This document shows positions 1 through 8,310 of a stretch of 64,000 nucleotides of DNA, piece after piece. Each line of letters begins with the position of its first letter. The first letter of the stretch is position 1. The position numbers were made by a program, and so were the translations under genes. The stretch covers positions 315,649 to 379,648 of the forward strand of contig CAZILL010000001.1 of assembly GCA_964540105.1 (NCBI GenBank). The letters are read 5' to 3'. Below the pieces are notes generated by a model, which saw only the letters and a program-made list of their open reading frames with translations, did not search any database and was not told where the DNA came from. The stretch comes from an uncultured Ignavibacteriales bacterium. Lineage in GTDB: Bacteria; Zixibacteria; MSB-5A5; GN15; FEB-12.

Positions 1-813
1 CTGCATCGAGCCGAAACCCTTGAAAGCGAGATCGCCTCTCTCTATCAGGCGGGAGCGGCTGATTCTGTCGCCCTTCTTGAGATCGGTCTGGTCTTGTCAA
101 AGGCTCGATTCGCTCTCCGTCAGGCTGAGGTCAATCGACGCTCATCCGAGCTCCGCCTCTTGACTGTAGTCGGTCTCGAGCCGGCGGAACATCTCGCACC
201 TACAGACACTCTGCCGGTTCCAGCCGAGTTCCCATGGTCGGCAGCGGTGTCGGCGACCAAACCGGAACTGCTGGCGTCGACAGCTCTGGTTGCGGCCAAT
301 GAAGGTCGCTATCGACTTGCCCGAGCTGACTATCTTCCTACTCTCTCGGCCGTGACCGGTTACTCCTATGGCAAACCGAACCTCGATCGTTTCAATGACG
401 CGTGGAACGGTTACGCCACTGTGGGGGCCAGCCTGAACTGGTCGTTCAATCTCGGCGGGAAAACTGCGAGCAATCGTCGTCTCGCTCGCCACAATCTCAA
501 CTCCGCCCAGTACGATCGCGATCAGATCGCCGAGAATCTTGGTCGCGATGCACAGCTAGCGGTCGAGCAACTCAAACTCGCCCATGAACGCTACACCAAC
601 GCGCTTGAACAATACGAGATCGCCCAGGCTAATTATCGTCTGGCGACCAAACAGCATAGTGATGGTGTCCTGTCGTCGAATCGTCTGATCACCATCGAAG
701 CTGATCTCACCAGTGCGCAGGCGGCGACATTGGCCGCTCTCGTGGATTTTCATCTCGCGCGAAACACGTATGAATACGCTATCGGGTCGAATTGGATTGC
801 GAAAGGAAACTGA
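1..813 (+). CDS. TolC-family outer-membrane efflux protein (5' end cut by window edge)
   Basis: Frame 1 is open from nt 1 to the stop at 811-813. The helical/beta pattern is typical of outer membrane factor proteins (YLPTLSAVTGYSYGKPN, LARNTYEYAIG). It is the first gene of an operon with an HlyD adaptor and an ABC-2 exporter. Confidence 0.7.
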   Translation: MHRAETLESEIASLYQAGAADSVALLEIGLVLSKARFALRQAEVNRRSSELRLLTVVGLEPAEHLAPTDTLPVPAEFPWSAAVSATKPELLASTALVAANEGRYRLARADYLPTLSAVTGYSYGKPNLDRFNDAWNGYATVGASLNWSFNLGGKTASNRRLARHNLNSAQYDRDQIAENLGRDAQLAVEQLKLAHERYTNALEQYEIAQANYRLATKQHSDGVLSSNRLITIEADLTSAQAATLAALVDFHLARNTYEYAIGSNWIAKGN

Positions 814-817
814 CATC

Positions 818-1702
818 ATGAAATATCTCATCTCCGCGCTGATGCTCTTGATCAGCGCTGGCTTCAGCGGTTGTGGCAACGGAAAGATCGAAGCGGGTGG
901 GTCGGGATTCATTGAAGCTAACGACATAATCGTCTCGGCGGAGGCTTCCGGGCGCGTGTTGCGCCGTCTTTTTGATGAAGGCTCGATCGTGAATGCCGGG
1001 GACACGCTGTCAATCATCGACCCCAGTCGCCTTCAACTTGAACTCGCTTCCGCCGAGGCGGGGAGACGGGCAGGTTTGGCCGGGCTGGAGGCCGCACGGT
1101 TGCAGGTAAGTCGCGCTCAGGAAGCTCAGCAGTTTGCCCGCACCGAGCGTGATCGTGTCGAGCGACTTCTCTCCTCAGGATCGTCGACCCAGAAGCAGCT
1201 CGATCAACTCACATACGAATTGACCCAGGCGGCCAACGCCCGCAAGTCAGCCGAAGCCAATGTTCATGTCGTCGAAACTCAGATCGAGAAGATCGACGCC
1301 GACATCAATCGCATCAAGCGACAGCTGACTGACTGCTTTGTTCTCTCCCCAGCGGGAGGGACAACCGTGGAAGCGTATATTGAGTCAGGCGAACTGGTCT
1401 CCGTCGGAAAAGCTATAGCGAAGATCGCCAACCTCGACACGGTGTGGGTGAAGGTTTACCTGCCATCAGCTGAATTCAGTGTCGTAAAAGTGGGGGATCG
1501 CGCGAAGGTAAGCACAGAGGGTGGGGGGACGACCTATGACGGCGAAGTCATTTGGACTTCATCGGAGGCGGAGTTCACTCCCAAGAACGTGCAGACCGAC
1601 AAATCTCGAGCCAACCTTGTGTATGCCGTCAAGGTGCGCATTGCCAATAGTGACGGTCGTCTGAAAATCGGAATGCCGGTCTATGCGACGCTGGTGAAGT
1701 AA
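818..1702 (+). CDS. HlyD-family periplasmic adaptor (membrane fusion) lipoprotein
   Basis: I chose the ATG at 818 because it gives a lipoprotein signal (MKYLISALMLLISAGFSGC). The upstream part of the 713 ORF overlaps the TolC gene. The protein has a coiled-coil segment and a beta-barrel C-terminus typical of HlyD/YbhG-type adaptors. Confidence 0.8.
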   Translation: MKYLISALMLLISAGFSGCGNGKIEAGGSGFIEANDIIVSAEASGRVLRRLFDEGSIVNAGDTLSIIDPSRLQLELASAEAGRRAGLAGLEAARLQVSRAQEAQQFARTERDRVERLLSSGSSTQKQLDQLTYELTQAANARKSAEANVHVVETQIEKIDADINRIKRQLTDCFVLSPAGGTTVEAYIESGELVSVGKAIAKIANLDTVWVKVYLPSAEFSVVKVGDRAKVSTEGGGTTYDGEVIWTSSEAEFTPKNVQTDKSRANLVYAVKVRIANSDGRLKIGMPVYATLVK

Positions 1703-2616
1703 TGAGTTTCTTATCGATTCAGGAGATTTCCCGTTCCTATGGCTCGATCAAGGCTGTCGCCGGATTCTCTCTGGAAATCAATCGGGGTGAATTGTGCGCT
1801 CTGGTTGGACCGGATGGAGCCGGCAAGACGACCCTCTTGCGTGTGCTGTGCCATCTGCTTGATGCAGACAGCGGCCGTCTGCTGATCGACGGGCAGGAGG
1901 CCTTCAGCAATTTCGAGGCTATCAAACCTCGCCTCGGTTATATGCCGCAGAGTTTCTCGCTCTATCCGGACCTAAGCGTTGAGGAGAATCTGATCTTCTA
2001 TGCGGGTCTGTACGGTGTGACCGGCAGAGCCTTCCGTGAGAAACGGGATTACCTGTACGCGTTTTCGAATCTGCAACCGTTCGCGAAACGGCGCGCCGGA
2101 GCGCTCTCAGGTGGGATGAAGCAGAAGCTGGCGCTCTCGTGCGCGTTGGTGCATGATCCGCAACTACTCATTCTGGATGAACCAACCACCGGTGTCGATC
2201 CTCTCTCTCGTCGCCAGTTCTGGGAGATACTGCTGGATCTGCAGAAACGAGGGACAACCATCCTTGTTTCGACGCCGTACATGGATGAAGTCGCCCGCGC
2301 CAGCCGCGCGTGCTTCATGCTCGGTGGGCGCAAGCTCTCTGAAGGAACTCCGTCGGAACTGGCCGGACAATTTCGCGGACAGATTCTCTATCTGGACAAA
2401 GAGCCGACATCGAGTCTCGTTAAGCAACTGGGTTCGATCACTGGTCTTTCATCGCGACGGTTTGGCGCCGGTCTGCATATCTATCTGAGCGCCGACGACA
2501 ACATTGCAAACTATACCGACCGTTTGGATCGGGTGGGAGTCAATGTCGCCGACTTGACCCCTCTGGCGCCCGAATTGGAAGATCGATTCATTCAGTTGAT
2601 GGAGATCGGTCGATGA
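1702..2616 (+). CDS. ABC transporter ATP-binding protein
   Basis: Walker A GPDGAGKTT, signature LSGGMKQK and Walker B LLILDEPT. The start overlaps the adaptor stop. Confidence 0.9.
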   Translation: MSFLSIQEISRSYGSIKAVAGFSLEINRGELCALVGPDGAGKTTLLRVLCHLLDADSGRLLIDGQEAFSNFEAIKPRLGYMPQSFSLYPDLSVEENLIFYAGLYGVTGRAFREKRDYLYAFSNLQPFAKRRAGALSGGMKQKLALSCALVHDPQLLILDEPTTGVDPLSRRQFWEILLDLQKRGTTILVSTPYMDEVARASRACFMLGGRKLSEGTPSELAGQFRGQILYLDKEPTSSLVKQLGSITGLSSRRFGAGLHIYLSADDNIANYTDRLDRVGVNVADLTPLAPELEDRFIQLMEIGR

Positions 2617-3362
2617 CCGGGTATGCTCTCGAAATCGAGCATCTCACTCGCAAGTTCGGCTCTTTTACGGCGGTGGACGACCTCAGTTTGACCGTCGAGC
2701 GTGGTGAGATTTTCGGTTTTCTCGGGGCGAATGGTGCAGGAAAAACGACCGCCATCCGGATGCTCTGCGGTCTGCTGCTCCCGACGAGCGGGAACGGCCA
2801 TGTCGGCGGATTCGACGTTCTCACTCAGTACGAGCAGATCAAACGAACGATCGGCTATATGTCTCAGAAGTTCTCGCTCTATCCGGACTTGACCGCGCGT
2901 GAGAATCTCAGTTTCTATGGCCACGCGTACAATCTCGACAAGAGATCGCTCAGAAATCGCATTAACGAGCTGATCGAGCGCCTGTCGCTGGCGGAGTTCA
3001 TTGACCGACTGTCCGGCCCCCTCCCAGCCGGTTGGCGGCAGCGGCTCGCCCTGGCGGTGGCCATTATCCATCACCCCTCGATCCTGTTTCTCGACGAACC
3101 CACCGGTGGTGTCGATCCGGTGTTCCGGCGAACGTTTTGGTCGCTTCTCTATGATCTGGCCGAAGAGGGGGTAACGGTGTTCGTCACCACCCACTATATG
3201 GATGAAGCCGAGTATTGCGGGCGGATTTCAATCATGCACGCCGGCAAACTTGTTGAACTGGGCAGACCCTTGGATCTCGTAAGAAAACACCAAGCGGCAA
3301 ACCTTGAAGATATGTTCATCGATCTGATTCAGACCAAAGGGATAACCAGTGCGACAGATTAG
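2613..3362 (+). CDS. ABC transporter ATP-binding protein (second ATPase)
   Basis: Walker A GANGAGKTT and Walker B ILFLDEPTGGVD. It has an ATGA start/stop overlap with the preceding ATPase gene. Confidence 0.9.
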   Translation: MTGYALEIEHLTRKFGSFTAVDDLSLTVERGEIFGFLGANGAGKTTAIRMLCGLLLPTSGNGHVGGFDVLTQYEQIKRTIGYMSQKFSLYPDLTARENLSFYGHAYNLDKRSLRNRINELIERLSLAEFIDRLSGPLPAGWRQRLALAVAIIHHPSILFLDEPTGGVDPVFRRTFWSLLYDLAEEGVTVFVTTHYMDEAEYCGRISIMHAGKLVELGRPLDLVRKHQAANLEDMFIDLIQTKGITSATD

Positions 3363-4455
3363 ATTCATCGCTCAGAAAGAATTCTACCACATTCTGCGCG
3401 ACGTTCGCTCGCTCATGATCATCTTCGTTATGCCGGTCATGATGACCTTCCTCTACGGTTATGCCATCAATATGGATATCGAACATATCCCCCTCTCGGT
3501 AATCGATCGCGATCAGAGCGCGGAATCGCGATCGCTGGTTGAACACTTCTATCGCTCGACGTACTTCTACAAACCCGCGTACGAGCCGGACTATCACGAC
3601 CCGGATCAACTCATGCGCGCCTCCCACTCGGCGGCCGTGATGACCATTCGCCCGGGATTCGGAGCGGCTTTGCAGACCAAGCAGATGTTCGAGATTGGTC
3701 TGACAATTGACGGTTCCGAAGTGTCACAGGCTGCGGCCGTGCAGAGTTACGCCAACGGTCTGCTCAATCAGTTCCTGATGAATCGTCTCCCTCCCGGCAG
3801 CGGCATCCCCGGCGTCAAGTTGGCCCCGCAAGTGCTCTATAATCTGGATTTGAAATCATCGCACTTCTTCGTCCCGGGAATCGTCGCGATCATCCTCCTG
3901 ATGATCTCGGCGCTGCTGACCTCAATCACAATCGCGCGAGAAAAGGAGACCGGAACTTTGGAGCAGCTCCTCACCGCCCCGGTGACACCGCGTCAGATTC
4001 TGATCGGCAAACTACTGCCGTACATTGTGATCGCGTTTCTTGATGGGCTGCTTGTACTCCTGTTCGCCAAGGCGTTGTTTGCCGTTCCCTTTGTTGGGTC
4101 GCTCCCTTTGCTCCTGGCGTTTGAGCTGATCTATGTTGCGACCGCACTCTCGATTGGAATCCTGATCTCATCCGCCGTCGATACCCAGCAGGTTGCCATG
4201 CAGATGGCTTTGCTGGTCACCATGCTTCCGACCATCATGCTCTCCGGTTTCATCTTCGCCGTCAAGAATATGCCGATCCCCATGCAAGTCATCAGTCGCA
4301 TCGTACCCGCCACGTATTTTCTCAAGATGATTCGCGGGATTATGCTGAAAGGTTCGGGGCTTTCGATCCTGGCCCCTCAGGCTGGATTCCTCCTCATCCT
4401 GATGGCGATATTCCTGATATTGGCTGTTAAGCGCTTCAACACGAGGATCGGCTGA
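3349..4455 (+). CDS. ABC-2 type transporter permease
   Basis: It has an N-terminal TM helix, a large periplasmic loop and a C-terminal cluster of about 5 TM helices, which is YbhS/YbhR-like topology. It starts with GTG and overlaps the ATPase gene. Confidence 0.85.
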   Translation: MRQIRFIAQKEFYHILRDVRSLMIIFVMPVMMTFLYGYAINMDIEHIPLSVIDRDQSAESRSLVEHFYRSTYFYKPAYEPDYHDPDQLMRASHSAAVMTIRPGFGAALQTKQMFEIGLTIDGSEVSQAAAVQSYANGLLNQFLMNRLPPGSGIPGVKLAPQVLYNLDLKSSHFFVPGIVAIILLMISALLTSITIAREKETGTLEQLLTAPVTPRQILIGKLLPYIVIAFLDGLLVLLFAKALFAVPFVGSLPLLLAFELIYVATALSIGILISSAVDTQQVAMQMALLVTMLPTIMLSGFIFAVKNMPIPMQVISRIVPATYFLKMIRGIMLKGSGLSILAPQAGFLLILMAIFLILAVKRFNTRIG

Positions 4456-4456
4456 C

Positions 4457-5569
4457 ATGTGGCGCGCGTATCTCGGTGTGGTCAAGAAGGAATTCATACA
4501 GGCGATTCGCAATAGGAACAACCTGCGCATGCTGCTGGTGATGCCCGTCGTTCAGCTGATCGTGCTTGGGTATGCGATCAACACTGATGTCAAGCATCTG
4601 GCGCTTGATGTCTACGATTCCGACCAGTCCGCGCTGTCCCGAAGGCTGGTGGCGTCGCTGAAGGCGGCCGACTATTTCGTTGTCTCCGATCAGCAGAGTG
4701 CCGGCGATCGATCGCCACTCTGGTTTCTCGAGGATCGCTTTCGATCGGGACGATCAGAGATGGCCCTGATCATCCCACAGGATTTCTCGAAGCAGCTTAC
4801 CGCCAATGAGCCGGTCAGTATCGGCTGGATATCGGACGGCACCGACGCCAACGCGGCTCGAACCGGTATTGGGTACGCTTCACAGATCGTACGGAAGTTT
4901 TCAAACGCGATCACCGGGCTGAAACCGAATGTCGAAATCCGTTCGGACTTTCTCTATAATCCAGAGGCGGAGTCTGTCTATTTCATGGTCCCCGGTATTG
5001 TCGCTACACTCCTTACTATGCTCACCCTCATGATGACTTCCATGGCTATTGTGCGGGAGCGTGAACTGGGCACGCTTGAACAGGTCCTCGTCACGCCGAT
5101 AAGCACAGTGACGTTTCTATTCGGGAAAATCACCGCCTTCACGGTGACTTCCATGCTGATCATGGGCCTGGCGCTGAATGTTGGCGTCTGGTGGTTCAGG
5201 ATTCCGTTTGTTGGATCGCTGCCGCTGCTGATTCTGCTTTCGCTCTTGTATCTCATGACGACCCTTGGGATCGGCATGTTCTTTTCCACCGTCACGTCGA
5301 CCCAGCAGCAAGCGATGTTTATGGCCTGGTTCTTCTCCGTGTTCGCTATGCTCACGTCGGGTTACATGACCCCCATTGCCAATATGCCCGACTGGATGCA
5401 GAACGTCACGCTCGTTAACCCGATGCGCTACTACATCGAGATTGTTCGCGGAATCATGCTCAAGGGAGCCGGCGTGAAAGACCTCTACGAGAACATTGTT
5501 GCGCTCGGGATCTTCGGACCGGTAATTTTCACGTTTTCGGTGTTACGCTTCCACAAGCGGACAGCATAG
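4457..5569 (+). CDS. ABC-2 type transporter permease (paralogue)
   Basis: It has the same topology as the preceding permease and is clearly similar to it (RERE.GTLEQ.LVTP motif). Confidence 0.85.
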   Translation: MWRAYLGVVKKEFIQAIRNRNNLRMLLVMPVVQLIVLGYAINTDVKHLALDVYDSDQSALSRRLVASLKAADYFVVSDQQSAGDRSPLWFLEDRFRSGRSEMALIIPQDFSKQLTANEPVSIGWISDGTDANAARTGIGYASQIVRKFSNAITGLKPNVEIRSDFLYNPEAESVYFMVPGIVATLLTMLTLMMTSMAIVRERELGTLEQVLVTPISTVTFLFGKITAFTVTSMLIMGLALNVGVWWFRIPFVGSLPLLILLSLLYLMTTLGIGMFFSTVTSTQQQAMFMAWFFSVFAMLTSGYMTPIANMPDWMQNVTLVNPMRYYIEIVRGIMLKGAGVKDLYENIVALGIFGPVIFTFSVLRFHKRTA

Positions 5570-5578
5570 GAATTACGT

Positions 5579-6475
5579 ATGAGGATTCTTCTAAGCGGCG
5601 CATCCGGTCTCATCGGCTCCAACCTCGCTCCGTTTCTCGTCGAGCGTGGTCATGATGTCGTGCGACTTGTGCGCGGATCGTCGGGCAGGAGTGACAACGC
5701 GATTTTCTGGGATCCCGTCCTACACTCACTCACACTCCCCCCCGGCGATCACTTCGACGCCGTCATCAATCTAGCGGGTGAGAATCTTGGCGCGAAACGC
5801 TGGAGTCCGGAGCGTAAGAAAGAGCTCGTGGACAGCCGCATGGTCACGACGGCACTGCTCGCGGAAACGATCGCTGGACTGGAGAATCCTCCCGAGGTCT
5901 TCATCAATACTTCGGCGATCGGTTTCTACGGCGATCGAGGAGACGCCATGCTTACCGAAGATAACCACGCCGGAACCGGCTTTCTTGCCGATGTCTGTAC
6001 CGAATGGGAAGAGGCGACCACGCCAGCGCAACGCGTCGGCATTCGTACGGTGAAAGCTCGACTGGGGATGGTTCTTGCGCGTGATGGAGGCGCTCTGCCC
6101 AAGATGGCGCGCCCATTTCGATTCGGCCTCGGTGGCAAGCTCGGCAGCGGGCGGCAATACATGAGCTGGATCGCCATGCCCGACCTTCTGGAGGCTGTTT
6201 TGCACTGTCTCTACAAGACAGAACTCTCCGGTCCGGTCAACTTCGTATCGCCGAATCCGGTTACCAATGCCGAATTCACCCGCGAGTTGGCGCGCTGCCT
6301 CAGGCGCCCCGCCCTGTTCAGTGTCCCAAGCTGGTCGCTTGCGGCGCTGGTTGGGCCAGAGATGGCCGCTGAACTTCTTCTGTCAAGCACAAGGGTTGAA
6401 CCCGCAAAGCTGACCGCGTCGGGCTTTGATTTCTCTTGTCCGACTCTCGACGTGGCGCTCAAAGCCGTCTTGTAA
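5579..6475 (+). CDS. YfcH/TIGR01777-like NAD-binding epimerase-family (atypical SDR) protein
   Basis: N-terminal Rossmann motif ILLSGASGLIGSNL. The C-terminal region resembles the DUF1731 extension of YfcH-type proteins. Confidence 0.7.
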   Translation: MRILLSGASGLIGSNLAPFLVERGHDVVRLVRGSSGRSDNAIFWDPVLHSLTLPPGDHFDAVINLAGENLGAKRWSPERKKELVDSRMVTTALLAETIAGLENPPEVFINTSAIGFYGDRGDAMLTEDNHAGTGFLADVCTEWEEATTPAQRVGIRTVKARLGMVLARDGGALPKMARPFRFGLGGKLGSGRQYMSWIAMPDLLEAVLHCLYKTELSGPVNFVSPNPVTNAEFTRELARCLRRPALFSVPSWSLAALVGPEMAAELLLSSTRVEPAKLTASGFDFSCPTLDVALKAVL

Positions 6476-6588
6476 TCGAGAGAGGTGCGACTTGGTGCAC
6501 CGCGACGGCGATATCAATTCCGTTGCCTCGTGCGTTCAAATCCCTATATTCCCGAGGAAATTTGCGTCGTCGAGAAGAGAAAGAGATC

Positions 6589-8106
6589 ATGGTAGCTGAA
6601 GCTTTCAGAAAACGAACTCTGTTTAGGCACCCGCTGGCGGCTTTGGGGGGTGCGCTCACTCTCGCCGGCGGCTTCCTGTTTTTCATCCTGCTGCTTATCG
6701 ACCTTACAACAGGCAGCGACAATCCGTATCGCTCGCTGGTCACCTTCGTTATCGCGCCGGCGATCACGCTCATCGGGGTGATCCTGTTCCTCACTTCAAT
6801 CGCGATTCAGGTTCGCGCCGCCCGCAAGAAGGGTGAGAAGGTCAAATTCAACTTCTCAGTCGATCCGAGCGACCCCAGCTATGTTCGCAACCTCTGGCTC
6901 TTTCTTGGCTCTTCGGCTGTGCTGATTTCACTGGTGGCCTATAGCGGCTATCGCGCCTATGAGGCCACTGACTCCGTGGCCTTCTGCGGTGAGACCTGCC
7001 ACACCGTCATGGAACCCCAGTCGGTTACGTACAAGAACTCGCCCCACGCCCGCGTTCCGTGTGTAGAATGCCATATCGGGCCGGGGGCGTCGTTCTATGT
7101 AAAGGCGAAATTCGACGGCATCCGCCAGCTCTTTGCCACCGCCCTGAACAGCTATTCTCGTCCGACCGAAACGCCAGTTCACAACCTCCGCCCCGCGCAG
7201 GAGACCTGCGAGGGGTGCCACTGGCCGCGCCAGTTCTACGGAGAGAAGTTGGTCGAGCGGACATATTACAAGACCGACTCCGCCAACTCCCCCTGGACGG
7301 TCAATCTGCTCGTGAAAATCGGCGGCGGAAATCCGCGCACGGGCAAGCTCGAAGGAATTCACTGGCACATGCTCTCGGCTAACAAAGTCGAATACATCTC
7401 GACCGATCCCAAGCGTCAGAACATCCCGTGGATTCGCCTTACAAAAGAGAACGGCGAGGTTTCAGTCTATACTGACCCCAGTGTCCCTCCGCTCGATCTA
7501 ACTGATCCAAAGAACGAGATTCGCCGCTTTGACTGCATGGATTGCCACAATCGTCCGAGCCACAAATTCTTCGCGCCAGCCACCGCTCTGAATCTGGCGC
7601 TCTCGACGCGCGGTATCTCGCCCGCGCTGCCGTCAGTGCGGCAGATCGGTCTGGAATTACTGAACGCAAAGTATGAGACCCGCGAACAGGCGCAGGAGGC
7701 GATTGGAAAGGGACTGACCGAATACTATCAGACCAACTTCCCGTCGGTTCTGTCCAGTAATGCCAATGACATCACGCAGGCGACGGCGACTTTGCAGCGG
7801 ATCTATGCCGAGAATTTCTTTCCCGAAATGAAGACCGACTACCGCGCCCGCGAGAACAACTTGAGCCATTTTGTCAATGATGGCTGTTTCCGATGTCATG
7901 ATCGGGTCAAACAGAATGAGAAGGGGGAGCAGATCTCGACTGCCTGCACGACCTGTCATTTGATCGTGGCGCAGGGGGCATCGGAAAAGGTTTCAGAGCT
8001 GACCTCCAACATTGCCGGTCTTGAGTTTCATCATCCGGAAGAGATCGACGATGCCTGGAAAGAGACCAAGTGTACCGAGTGCCACACCCCCGAATCGGGT
8101 TATTGA
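6589..8106 (+). CDS. Membrane-anchored heptahaem c-type cytochrome, NapC/NirT family (ImcH-like architecture)
   Basis: I chose the ATG at 6589; the longer ORF from 6436 overlaps the upstream gene. There are three N-terminal hydrophobic helices. The NapC-like head is FCGETCHTVMEP...CVECH. In total there are 6 CXXCH sites (CVECH, CEGCH, CMDCH, CFRCH, CTTCH, CTECH) plus one CX3CH site (CGETCH). Confidence 0.8.
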   Translation: MVAEAFRKRTLFRHPLAALGGALTLAGGFLFFILLLIDLTTGSDNPYRSLVTFVIAPAITLIGVILFLTSIAIQVRAARKKGEKVKFNFSVDPSDPSYVRNLWLFLGSSAVLISLVAYSGYRAYEATDSVAFCGETCHTVMEPQSVTYKNSPHARVPCVECHIGPGASFYVKAKFDGIRQLFATALNSYSRPTETPVHNLRPAQETCEGCHWPRQFYGEKLVERTYYKTDSANSPWTVNLLVKIGGGNPRTGKLEGIHWHMLSANKVEYISTDPKRQNIPWIRLTKENGEVSVYTDPSVPPLDLTDPKNEIRRFDCMDCHNRPSHKFFAPATALNLALSTRGISPALPSVRQIGLELLNAKYETREQAQEAIGKGLTEYYQTNFPSVLSSNANDITQATATLQRIYAENFFPEMKTDYRARENNLSHFVNDGCFRCHDRVKQNEKGEQISTACTTCHLIVAQGASEKVSELTSNIAGLEFHHPEEIDDAWKETKCTECHTPESGY

Positions 8107-8210
8107 GGCACGGTGGCCATAGCTCTCCGTCCTGTCTCGAATGCGTGATGTGCGAGATGACACTGTAGCCCGACTCACACATTTCGCAGTCGCCGCAGAT
8201 CCTTTTCTTG

Positions 8211-8240
8211 TTGACAAAGGACACCGCGATAGCGTAGTAT
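8211..8240 (+). promoter_or_regulatory. Sigma70-like promoter candidate (TTGACA-N18-TAGTAT)
   Basis: TTGACA at 8211-8216 and TAGTAT at 8235-8240, about 70 nt upstream of the 8311 start. The promoter consensus in this lineage is unknown. Confidence 0.3.
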
Positions 8241-8310
8241 TCTTTTCAAACAACGCCCGTTGAAAATCATCTCGTAACGCCCACATGTTGGGTCACACTT
8301 GGGAGGGTGT

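Noticed and set aside
6436-6588. N-terminal extension of the heptahaem cytochrome ORF (start at 6436)
   Set aside because: It overlaps the end of the upstream SDR gene and encodes a non-hydrophobic, Arg-rich peptide. The ATG at 6589 directly precedes the first TM helix.
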